Below are positions 1-8,417 of a stretch of 64,000 bases of DNA, one piece after another (positions within the stretch are counted from its first letter, which is position 1; the number at the start of each line of letters is the position of its first letter). Location: positions 832,001 to 896,000 of the forward strand of contig JAXGZN010000001.1 of assembly GCA_040776945.1 (NCBI GenBank), written 5' to 3'. The notes beneath the pieces were generated by a model that worked only from the letters and a program-made list of their open reading frames with translations, ran no database searches and had not been told where the DNA came from. The translations under genes were made by a program, and so were the position numbers. This DNA is from Methanomassiliicoccaceae archaeon (GTDB taxonomy: Archaea > Thermoplasmatota > Thermoplasmata > Methanomassiliicoccales > Methanomassiliicoccaceae).

Positions 1-22
1 GGCGGGGCAAGAAGGTGAGGGC

Positions 23-1054
23 TCAGTACCTCTCGTATCTTAGGCCCAGCGAGGGCACGGTGACGCCGCCGCCCTCGACCGCTCGGCCGACGATCCTGGC
101 GCCCTCGCCGTAGATGGAAACGGCCTTGCGGGCCTCCTCAGGGGGGCAGACCAGGGCGAAGCCCAAGCCCATGTTGAACGTCTGGTACATCTCTGATGGC
201 TCCACCGACCCAAGGTCCCCCAGGACCTTGAACACCGGAGGGACGGGCATGGGGTCGTCTATCGTAATCCCCACTCCTTGCCGCAGTCTAAGGAAGTTAC
301 GCAGGCCTCCGCCGGTGACATCGATCATTCCATGCACCCGGCACTCCCTGGCGATGCGCAGGACCTTACGTACGTAGATCTCGGTTGGCGTCAGAAGCTC
401 AAGGCCGATGCTCCGACCGAGCTTGGGGAACTTCTCTTCAAGGTCGACCTCGTTCCTCTCCAGCACCTTGCGCGCCAAGGTAAGCCCGTTGGAGTGCACG
501 CCCGATGAGGGCAGGCCCACCACGACATCGCCCACCGCGACCTTGGAGCCGTCGATGATGCGATCCTTGGGCACCATGCCCAGGCAGGAGCCGGAGAGGT
601 CGACCTCCTTCATGATCTCCGGCAGAACCGCCACCTCGCCGCCCACCAGGTCGCAGTCCGCCAGCTCGCATCCCTTATCTAGGCCGATGCCGATCTGCTC
701 CATCATCGCCGGCCTGGGCTCGTCGACCGCCAGGTAGTCGACGAAGGCGATGGGCTCCGCCCCCACGCATATGGTGTCGTTCACGTTCATGGCCACGCAG
801 TCGATGCCCACGGTGTCCCACTTGTTCAGGGCCTTGGCGATGAGGAGCTTGGTGCCCACACCGTCGGTGCACAGCGTGAGCGCGACGTCCCCGAAGTCGA
901 TGAGCCCGGTGAACTGTCCCGGGAGATCGATCATCCTCACCTTTCCGGAGCGCCGGTAGGTGAGCTGCTTCACCAGGGCCTGGATGGCATGGGACTTGGC
1001 GTCGATATTCACGCCCGCCTGGGCGTAGGTCATGGGCTTTCTGATGCAGGACAT
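23..1054 (-). CDS. purM: Phosphoribosylformylglycinamidine cyclo-ligase (AIR synthetase)
   Basis: Motifs TYAQAGVNI, TDGVGTK, DCVAMNVND, LPSSGVHSNG, DVTGGG and TFNMGLG. The start could be 1033 (MTYAQ). Confidence 0.96.
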   Translation of the reverse strand: MSCIRKPMTYAQAGVNIDAKSHAIQALVKQLTYRRSGKVRMIDLPGQFTGLIDFGDVALTLCTDGVGTKLLIAKALNKWDTVGIDCVAMNVNDTICVGAEPIAFVDYLAVDEPRPAMMEQIGIGLDKGCELADCDLVGGEVAVLPEIMKEVDLSGSCLGMVPKDRIIDGSKVAVGDVVVGLPSSGVHSNGLTLARKVLERNEVDLEEKFPKLGRSIGLELLTPTEIYVRKVLRIARECRVHGMIDVTGGGLRNFLRLRQGVGITIDDPMPVPPVFKVLGDLGSVEPSEMYQTFNMGLGFALVCPPEEARKAVSIYGEGARIVGRAVEGGGVTVPSLGLRYERY

Positions 1055-1374
1055 GTTGACCTCTACCGTATCCTCTCCTCACCTTCAAATTATTTCTCGG
1101 GTCAAGCCGTCCTAGCGGCGTCCGCCGTACCCGCTAGCGCCTAGCCATCAGGACGACGTCCTCGGAGGCCGCCCCATCTGCAGAGCGAACGGGCATCAAT
1201 GGTCATAGAGAGAAATGCGTTCTCCGCTCACCACATGGTCCCATGCACATAGGCTCCATCGTCCCTTTTGGGACCTGCGGGCTCGCCGAGGGGTTCGGGA
1301 AGAGCGGCAGATGCCGCGAGGCCGTGAAGGCCTTGGTGGGGAAAGTTTAAGCCGTGGGTTGGAATAGAGCACCC

Positions 1375-2016
1375 ATGGGCAAGCGCTGGCTCAACGAGCG
1401 GAGGCAGGACTTCTATTACCGCAAGGCCAAGCAGCTCAACTATCGCTCCCGCGCGTCGTTCAAGCTCCACCAGATAAACGAGAGGTTTGGGATCTTCCGG
1501 CCGGGCATGGCGGTCGTGGACCTCGGCGCTGCGCCGGGAGGATGGCTCCAGATCGCCAAGGAGAGGGTGGGGCCCCAGGGCAAGGTGGTGGGGGTCGACC
1601 TGCAGCACATAGCCCCCCTCGAAGGGGTGGAAACGATCAGGGGCGACATGACCAAGCCGGAGACGGTGCAGGAGCTCATGTCCCTGCTGGAGGGCAAGGC
1701 CGACGTGGTCATCTCGGACATGTCGCCGAACATCAGCGGCAACTACTCTATCGATCACGCCCGCTCGGTGGACCTTTGCCATCATGCCCTGGAGTTTGCC
1801 CGTCGGACCTTGAGGCCAGGAGGATCGCTGGTGATGAAGGTCTTCGAGGGGGACATGCTGAACGATCTGCTTACCGACATCCGCCGGAGCTTCGGCTCGG
1901 TGCGCCTGCACGGGCCCAAGGCATCACGCTCCAGCAGCTCGGAGATCTACATCGTGGCCAAGGGCTACAAGGAAGGCGGGTCGTCACAGGCCGGCGCGCC
2001 GGGGCCCCTGGATTAA
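1375..2016 (+). CDS. rlmE: 23S rRNA U2552 2'-O-methyltransferase (RlmE/RrmJ/FtsJ)
   Basis: Motifs YRSRASFKL, VDLGAAPGGW, DVVISDMSPN and ASRSSSSEIY. ATG at 1375 follows a TTTAAG TATA-like box at about 1346. Confidence 0.95.
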   Translation: MGKRWLNERRQDFYYRKAKQLNYRSRASFKLHQINERFGIFRPGMAVVDLGAAPGGWLQIAKERVGPQGKVVGVDLQHIAPLEGVETIRGDMTKPETVQELMSLLEGKADVVISDMSPNISGNYSIDHARSVDLCHHALEFARRTLRPGGSLVMKVFEGDMLNDLLTDIRRSFGSVRLHGPKASRSSSSEIYIVAKGYKEGGSSQAGAPGPLD

Positions 2017-2251
2017 TATCTATCGTAGAAATCAAAATTGATTGCCGGCCCTGCTCCTTTTAATACCTACCAGGGCGCTCAAGGTCATTAGGGAGCGGGA
2101 GAACCCCCCGTATCATTAGCCCCCCCCCCAACGAATCCGCGATATATTCTTCGCCGCTCCCATTATTTTCTTCCTTCTCCGCCTTGTTTGCTCCCTCCTG
2201 CATCTGGGCCGTGAGATATCCTTTAAATTCACAATCTCCATTCACACATCG

Positions 2252-2485
2252 ATGATAACATATCTCACGGTCACCTTCAGCACCGAGGGGGCCCGCCCGT
2301 CGGAGGTCATGGACGCGCTCCACGGCCTAGGGTTCGAGCCGACCACCGGCAGCTACGACTTCATCTACCGGTGGGGGAACAAGGCGACGGTCGAGGACGC
2401 CATCTATCTTGCCGACAAGGTCCATCAGACCCTGAAGGGGCGCCAGGTGCTTTTCAAGCTCCAGACGGTCAGCGACTACCTCTGA
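2252..2485 (+). CDS. Small hypothetical protein (77 aa)
   Basis: Typical codon usage, TTTAAA box about 27 nt upstream, and 9 nt upstream of the FAH gene. Confidence 0.8.
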   Translation: MITYLTVTFSTEGARPSEVMDALHGLGFEPTTGSYDFIYRWGNKATVEDAIYLADKVHQTLKGRQVLFKLQTVSDYL

Positions 2486-2494
2486 GGCGACGGC

Positions 2495-3118
2495 ATGGAG
2501 CATTGCAAGATCGTATGCGTCGGGCAGAACTACCATGCCCACGTGAAGGAGATGAGGTCCATCGTCCCCGAAGAGCCGATGATCTTCCTGAAACCATCCT
2601 CGGCCATCATAGGGGACGGGGAGGAGATCGAAGCTGGCGACGTGGGCCGGGTCGACCATGAGATCGAGCTAGCGCTGGTGATCGGGCGCACCGCAAGGAA
2701 AGTGCTCGAGAAGGACGCGCTCGATCACGTCTCGCACATCGCGGTCTTCAACGACGTCACCGCACGGGACCTTCAGTCGGAGGCCCGCAGGGCGGGCAAC
2801 CCATGGACGCTCGCCAAGGGGATGGACACATTTGCCCCGATGTCCCGCCCAGTGCCCATATCGCGCGCGAAAGATGTCCACGACCTCGATCTCGAGCTCC
2901 GCGTCAACGGCGAGATAAGGCAGAAGGGGAACACCAGCGACATGATCTTCGGCCCCGAGGTGCTGGTATCGTACATATCGAGGTTCATTACCCTAGAGCC
3001 GGGCGACATCATCGCCACCGGGACTCCGGAAGGAGTGAGCCCCCTCAATGACGGCGACCGGGTGGAGGCGTCCATACCCGGGGTGGGGACGGTCCGCAAC
3101 ACCTTTCGCCGGGTCTAG
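2495..3118 (+). CDS. Fumarylacetoacetate hydrolase family protein
   Basis: Motifs KIVCVGQNYHAH, EPMIFLKP, DHEIEL, NDVTARD, AKGMDTF and GDIIATGTPEG. Confidence 0.95.
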   Translation: MEHCKIVCVGQNYHAHVKEMRSIVPEEPMIFLKPSSAIIGDGEEIEAGDVGRVDHEIELALVIGRTARKVLEKDALDHVSHIAVFNDVTARDLQSEARRAGNPWTLAKGMDTFAPMSRPVPISRAKDVHDLDLELRVNGEIRQKGNTSDMIFGPEVLVSYISRFITLEPGDIIATGTPEGVSPLNDGDRVEASIPGVGTVRNTFRRV

Positions 3119-5853
3119 TCCCAGAACCGCTTGGTCCGGGCATAGGTCAGCTCCGCGCTGAGGATGTCCCGCAGGAACTCGTCTTCGTCCTCGTAGAACG
3201 AGGAGAGCACCCTCGCCGCAGTGTCCGGACCGATGCCCCGGCCGGCCAAGGCGACCAGGGCCCTCCGGCCGTGCTCCTTGACCAGGGAGGCGTTCTTGTA
3301 CATCCGCCTGATCTCCTTGGCCTCCTCCTCCGTGGGCTTATCCTTCTTCAGAAGCCCGATGTCCTGTTTGTTGTATGGAAGCAGGGCGGCGACCATCCGC
3401 CCTCCGCAGCGCGGGCAGACGATGCGCTCGGGAGCATCCTGGGGCTTAAGCCTCCACTGCGCCTGGCAGCTCAGGCAGGACATGCTCATGACCTCCGCCT
3501 CCAGCCTTTTCTTCAGCGCCATCAGGATGCTGTGGTCGGCGCGCTGAGGCATTATAAGCTCGCGGGAGTGCTGAAGCCCTGCCCGGCCGATGGTGGTAAG
3601 CGGCATGGTCTTGAGGGCAACCTCCCCGTGCTCGATCCGCTTGATTGCCGCGACCGTCCCATCGATGTCGAAGTCCTCCCACAGGACCCGCCGCACCGCC
3701 TCCTCGAACAGCGGGGTATCCTCGAACGCCTCAGCCAGTCGGGTAAAGTTGACCTGCCTATAGTCGGCGTCTTTCTCGATGGCACCGAACTTCTTGGCGA
3801 CAAAGACAAAGCGGTACCGGAGGTAGGAGGAGGACTTCAGCACCAGGCGGACAAGCGACTCCACACCCTCCGATCGGATGGAGCGCAGCGTGTCTATGAT
3901 GGTCTGGGGGCTTATGTCCCGCGGGAGCTCGATGACGATGCGGTATGGGTCGGTGTGCACTCCGACGCTCTCCCCCAGACGGGCGGAGAGGAGGACGGAG
4001 AGCACCTTAGAGATGGTCTCGTTGACCTTGGTCCCGAAGCACATGTTGAGAACCGCCATGCGCTTCCCCATCTCCAGCGTGACCAGCCTATCGGACGGCA
4101 CCGCTCCGTCGCGGTCCTGCTCTTTGAGGTAGCGGTCCAGCTCACTTACCGCGTCGTCGTCCCCGGCGTAATCGGCGTAGCGCCGCTCCCGCCTGAGCCT
4201 TCCGACCTCCTGGGCGATGCTGTAAGGCACTGGGATGTCCTCGCCCATCCACGAAGGAATGGACCCGATGTCCCTTACCTGCTCCACCAGCAGTTCGTCC
4301 TCCCTCACCTCGACGATCCTCCAGGTCTTCCCGTGAGTGATGAACGCGGCATACGGCTCCGCGAACGATAGGACGAACGACTCGTCCAGCGTACCAACGA
4401 TGCGCCTGGTGGCTATGTCCCGGATGAAGAACGTGCGTTCGTCCGGTATCATCGAGAGGTTATCGTAGAAGTACCGCATGCCCCTGGAGGTCCGCCTGTA
4501 GTGGGACCCGTTGTCGAACAGCAGACCGATCCGCACCAGCTGGTCCAGCACCCCGCGGAACTCCTCTCTGCTGAGGTTCCTGAAAGGGTACGCCCTGCGC
4601 ACCACCTGGTACGCCAGCTCCTTCTCCACCTGGCCGACCATGGCCATGGCCACCAGCTGGTTCGCCAGGACGGCCATGGGCCTCTCTCTCACCCTCAGGT
4701 CCTCAAGCTCACCGGCCCCGGCCTTGCGGGCGATGACCATGCTTTCCGCGATCTCATCGGGGTTTGAAGCGACTATCGCACCCTCGGTGCGCTCGCCGAC
4801 CGCGTGACCGGCACGCCCCATCCTCTGGATGAGCCTAGCCACCTGGCGGGGGGAGTTGTACTGGATGGCGAAGTCCACCGAACCGATGTCGATGCCCAGC
4901 TCCAGGGAGGAGGTGCAGATAAGCCCCTTCAGCCGTTCCTGTTTGAAGTCCTCCTCAGTCTCCACCCGGATGTCCTTGGAAAGCGAGCCGTGGTGCACCC
5001 CTATCTTGAGATCCTCGTCCCAGATGCGATACCTAGCTGCAAGCGCTTCGGCGGTGTCCCTCGTGTTGACGAACAGCAGGGTCGATCGATGCTCCTCGAT
5101 CAGCCGCTTGCACCTCCTCATCCCGGCCACTAGATGGGGGTCGCTTTGCAGCCGCCCCGCGAGGTCCCGGTCCTCCTCCGTCACCGGAGGGGACTGTACC
5201 GTTACATCTATGTCCTTGGACACCTGGGCCCGTACGGTGCGGACCTCCCGGCCTCCTCCGAGATAGCGGGCGACCTCGTCCACTGAGCCCACCGTCGCCG
5301 ACAGGCCGATCCTCTGGAAATCCCCGGCGATCTCGGCCAGGCGCTCCAGCGCGATGGCCAGCTGGGCACCTCGCTCGTTGCCCGCCAGCTCATGGATCTC
5401 GTCCACCACCACCCACTTAACCCGCGACAGGTGCTCCCGCAGCCTCTTCCCGGTGAACAGCACCTGCACCGTCTCCGGCGTGGTGATGAGCACGTCCGGA
5501 GGGTTCTTGGACTGGCTTTGCCTCTCGGCCTGAGAGGTGTCCCCGTGCCGCACCGCGACGCTCATTTCCAACGCTTCCCCGAACTCCGTGAGCCTCTTGA
5601 GCATGTCCCGATTTAGCGCCCGAAGCGGGGTGATATAGATGCACTTTATGCCCTTCCCTGGAGTGTCAAGAAGCTTGTGGAAGATGGGGAGCATGGCCGC
5701 CTCGGTCTTGCCTATGCCGGTGTGCGCCACCAGCAGCAGATGTTCCCCGCGCAGGATGATCGGGATGGCCTCGCGCTGAGGACCCGTAGGCTCGTGGATG
5801 TCCCTGTCCAGAAGGACCTTCTGTACTCTATCGTCAAGGAGTTCGAATACCAT
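3115..5853 (-). CDS. lhr: Lhr-like DEAD/H helicase with C-terminal Zn-finger
   Basis: Walker A HTGIGKT, DEIH, RIGLSAT, HHGSLS, LELGIDIG, QRMGRAGH, and C-terminal CLSC/CPRC. Confidence 0.93.
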   Translation of the reverse strand: MVFELLDDRVQKVLLDRDIHEPTGPQREAIPIILRGEHLLLVAHTGIGKTEAAMLPIFHKLLDTPGKGIKCIYITPLRALNRDMLKRLTEFGEALEMSVAVRHGDTSQAERQSQSKNPPDVLITTPETVQVLFTGKRLREHLSRVKWVVVDEIHELAGNERGAQLAIALERLAEIAGDFQRIGLSATVGSVDEVARYLGGGREVRTVRAQVSKDIDVTVQSPPVTEEDRDLAGRLQSDPHLVAGMRRCKRLIEEHRSTLLFVNTRDTAEALAARYRIWDEDLKIGVHHGSLSKDIRVETEEDFKQERLKGLICTSSLELGIDIGSVDFAIQYNSPRQVARLIQRMGRAGHAVGERTEGAIVASNPDEIAESMVIARKAGAGELEDLRVRERPMAVLANQLVAMAMVGQVEKELAYQVVRRAYPFRNLSREEFRGVLDQLVRIGLLFDNGSHYRRTSRGMRYFYDNLSMIPDERTFFIRDIATRRIVGTLDESFVLSFAEPYAAFITHGKTWRIVEVREDELLVEQVRDIGSIPSWMGEDIPVPYSIAQEVGRLRRERRYADYAGDDDAVSELDRYLKEQDRDGAVPSDRLVTLEMGKRMAVLNMCFGTKVNETISKVLSVLLSARLGESVGVHTDPYRIVIELPRDISPQTIIDTLRSIRSEGVESLVRLVLKSSSYLRYRFVFVAKKFGAIEKDADYRQVNFTRLAEAFEDTPLFEEAVRRVLWEDFDIDGTVAAIKRIEHGEVALKTMPLTTIGRAGLQHSRELIMPQRADHSILMALKKRLEAEVMSMSCLSCQAQWRLKPQDAPERIVCPRCGGRMVAALLPYNKQDIGLLKKDKPTEEEAKEIRRMYKNASLVKEHGRRALVALAGRGIGPDTAARVLSSFYEDEDEFLRDILSAELTYARTKRFWD

Positions 5854-6210
5854 GTCCAGAAGTGCGCTTATCCAATCGATGTGGATATTTCAACCTGTCG
5901 CTTGGACGACCGCCATCATCGCTGCGACGTTACCCGGGCATCGGCCTCAAGGGATGCCATTCTAACAACAGGGCCGGTAAGGCCCTTTTGCCTCTGGGTC
6001 TAGATGGGCTTGCTAGCCGCCACACCCTGTCTAGAATGTGCAAGGATGTACATTCAAAATTCGCGGGCCGAGGAACGGAAAGGCTCAACGCACGAGGGCC
6101 GTTGGGTTCGATACCGTCAGATGCTCCTTGTAGGCCCAAGCCGGGCTCGGTCTGGCAGCGGAGCGTTGGACCTATCGGTCGCTCCGCGGGGCACCAGGCG
6201 TGCCAAGCAC

Positions 6211-6233
6211 AAAAAAGGGAAAAGAGGAAGGGA
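6211..6233 (-). terminator. Pyrimidine/oligo-T tract after the CCG-domain gene (archaeal terminator-like)
   Basis: The minus strand reads TCCCTTCCTCTTTTCCCTTTTTT immediately after the stop. Confidence 0.5.
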
Positions 6234-6234
6234 C

Positions 6235-7518
6235 TCAGGCGCCCTGGGCCTCGGCCTTGGCCTTCGCCGGGGCCTTGGGCACGCCCTCCGCTTTCGCCGG
6301 TGCGGGCCTCTCCGCCCTGCCCTCCGCTTTCGCGCCCTCGGCCTTCGCCGGGGCAGCGGCAGGGTCGGTGGCCTCGAGCAGAAGCTCAGAGACGTCCAGA
6401 ACCTTGATGTTGGACCCTATGGCCTTGGCTCCCGCCTGCAGGTTGAGCACGCAGAACGGACAGGTGGTCACCAGGATGTCCGCCCCGGTGGCCACCGCTT
6501 CCTTGACCCGCTCAGCGGCGATGTTCACCGCCACGTCGTTGAAGGCGCTCTTGAAGCCCCCTCCAGCGCCGCAGCAGCGGGAGCCACGGCGGTTGCGGGG
6601 CATTTCCACCAGCTCAACTCCTGGTATCTTCTTAAGGATCTCGCGGGGGTCCTCGTACACCCCTCCATGCCTGCCGAGGTGGCAAGGGTCGTGATAGGTT
6701 ACCTTGGCCTTGATCTCCTTGGTGAACTTGAGCTTCTTTTCCTTGATCAGCTGGTTCACGTACTGCGCGAAGTGATATACGGGAAAGGTCGGGTTGCTGA
6801 AGTACTTGCCGTAGTCGGTGGACGTGGTCTTGTAGCATCCGGCGCAGGTGGTGACCATGGCCTTTGCGCCGCGGACCTCCACGGCGCGGATGTTATGCTC
6901 GGCATATTCAGCGGTCATTCCTGTCTGCCCCGTCCTGAGAGCAGGAGAGGTGCAGCACCACTCGTCGCCGCCGAGTATGTCAATCTTGACCCCGGCGCGG
7001 CTGAGGACCAACGCCCCGGCCTTGGCGATCTTCTGCATCCGGTAGGACCCAGTGCACCCGGCGAAGAAGATGACGTCAGGCTGAGAATAGCGGGGGATAT
7101 CCTCGGGCCACCAAGCGCCGCGCTTCTCGGCCGGCTCGTTATAGGGATTGTGGGTCTCCTTGATGGCCTTGGCCAGCTTGGCATGGACGGGAAGGGGGCC
7201 TTTGCCCTGGTCGACCACCCACTCGCGGACCTTCTCCCAGAAGTCCGCGAACTCGATGTTGACGTGACATACCGTCTCGCACTGGGCGCATCCGGTGCAA
7301 CGGAACAGAGCCTCCACGAACTCGTCGTCCACCTTGACCTTGCGGCCCAGGATGGCGTCCACGGGCGATTTCTTCGAGATCTGGCTCAGATAGAATACCT
7401 TGCCCCGGGGAGTGATCGATTCCCAAGGCGTCTGCTCGTAGGCGGGGCAGACCCGCACACAGTATCCACACTGTAGACAAGCGAGAAGTTCCCTTTTGAT
7501 CTCCGGCATTTTAACCAT
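6235..7518 (-). CDS. HdrD/GlpC-like (Fe-S)-binding CCG-domain oxidoreductase
   Basis: Two ferredoxin motifs (CLQCGYCVRVCP, CTGCAQCETVCH) and two CCG domains (FAGCT..WCCT..CAGC; YHDPCHLGR..CCGAGGG..CPFC). Ala/Lys/Glu/Pro repeat tail. Confidence 0.9.
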   Translation of the reverse strand: MVKMPEIKRELLACLQCGYCVRVCPAYEQTPWESITPRGKVFYLSQISKKSPVDAILGRKVKVDDEFVEALFRCTGCAQCETVCHVNIEFADFWEKVREWVVDQGKGPLPVHAKLAKAIKETHNPYNEPAEKRGAWWPEDIPRYSQPDVIFFAGCTGSYRMQKIAKAGALVLSRAGVKIDILGGDEWCCTSPALRTGQTGMTAEYAEHNIRAVEVRGAKAMVTTCAGCYKTTSTDYGKYFSNPTFPVYHFAQYVNQLIKEKKLKFTKEIKAKVTYHDPCHLGRHGGVYEDPREILKKIPGVELVEMPRNRRGSRCCGAGGGFKSAFNDVAVNIAAERVKEAVATGADILVTTCPFCVLNLQAGAKAIGSNIKVLDVSELLLEATDPAAAPAKAEGAKAEGRAERPAPAKAEGVPKAPAKAKAEAQGA

Positions 7519-7654
7519 AGGTGCAACCTCGGTGAAATGAAGAGAGCCTTTCTGCTGTTAAGTAAAGGCTTTTGGAACGAGTGAAGGGAAGAAAACTTCT
7601 TATAACTATCGCTGGGCCGGAGGGACCGCAGGGGGGCCAGCGCCCTCTCCCCGT

Positions 7655-8200
7655 TCATCCGTCCAGAATTGGAGTGTAGCCATACCAGCTGCCGCCGCGC
7701 TTAAGGTACTCCAGGTTATCTTCCAGGACCCTCTGGTGCTCCCTCTCCCACTGCACAAGCCGCTGCATCAGCATCTTCAGCTCCATGTCATTGGTGAGTC
7801 TGGCCACCTCCTCGTACATGCGCACCGAGGCCTTCTCCACTCCGATGGCCATCTCTACCGCGGCTATCTCGTCCTTGGGAGACAGGCAGGACCCCTCGGG
7901 AAGGTCCGGGAAGGCCTTGGCGGGCACAACATCAGCGTACGACGGATCCGGTCTGATCGTGCTCACGTCCTTCCCCGGGAAGATCCGGTCGACCTGCCGG
8001 GCGAGCCACAGCCGGTGCTCCTTCTCGTCCCGTGACAGCCCCCTAAGTATCAGCTTGCCTTCCTTGTCCCGAATGCAATCGCTCAGCCTCTGGTAGAACT
8101 CCCTGCCGAACGTCTCCACCCTGATGGCAGCGGCAAGCAGGCCCAATTGCTTGTTCAGGCTTTCCTCATCGTCTTTCCAGTTGCTGCGTTCGAAACGCGT
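7655..8200 (-). CDS. Ferritin/rubrerythrin-like di-iron protein
   Basis: Duplicated AIxxE..FY..ExxH motifs (AIRVETFGREFY/DEKEH; AIGVEKASVRMY/WEREH). Start uncertain: no suitable ATG; ACG at 8200 lies 7 nt after GGAGG. Confidence 0.85.
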   Translation of the reverse strand, partial: TRFERSNWKDDEESLNKQLGLLAAAIRVETFGREFYQRLSDCIRDKEGKLILRGLSRDEKEHRLWLARQVDRIFPGKDVSTIRPDPSYADVVPAKAFPDLPEGSCLSPKDEIAAVEMAIGVEKASVRMYEEVARLTNDMELKMLMQRLVQWEREHQRVLEDNLEYLKRGGSWYGYTPILDG

Positions 8201-8417
8201 TCCCGTCCCTCCAATGGCAAACGGCCATCGGCCGATAAATATCTTACCGAAGAAAGATTGACGGTCCAGACCATCCGGCGGTCCAAGCGTTCTCCGAGCA
8301 AGTCGAGCTTGGATGGAAATATTTAAGAAAGTCCACGGGCTTGCCAGCATTAAAGGGCGGGCGATATACAACGCCGATGGGATCTGATGGGATGCTGAAT
8401 ATCTGGGTGCTGATCTG

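Noticed and set aside
3115-3118. TAG stops of FAH and lhr (also NYN, ribA, HD, PRC-barrel and others) as pyrrolysine sites
   Set aside because: The domains are complete at the TAG and no convincing coding continuation follows.
6004-7476. 490-aa plus-strand ORF and many other long alternative ORFs (e.g. 3271..4371, 29710..30861, 9422..10312)
   Set aside because: These are antisense or shadow frames of well-supported genes in GC-rich DNA and show no motifs.
8201-8371. N-terminal extension of the ferritin-like ORF
   Set aside because: It runs through the AT-rich divergent promoter region and does not look like protein.
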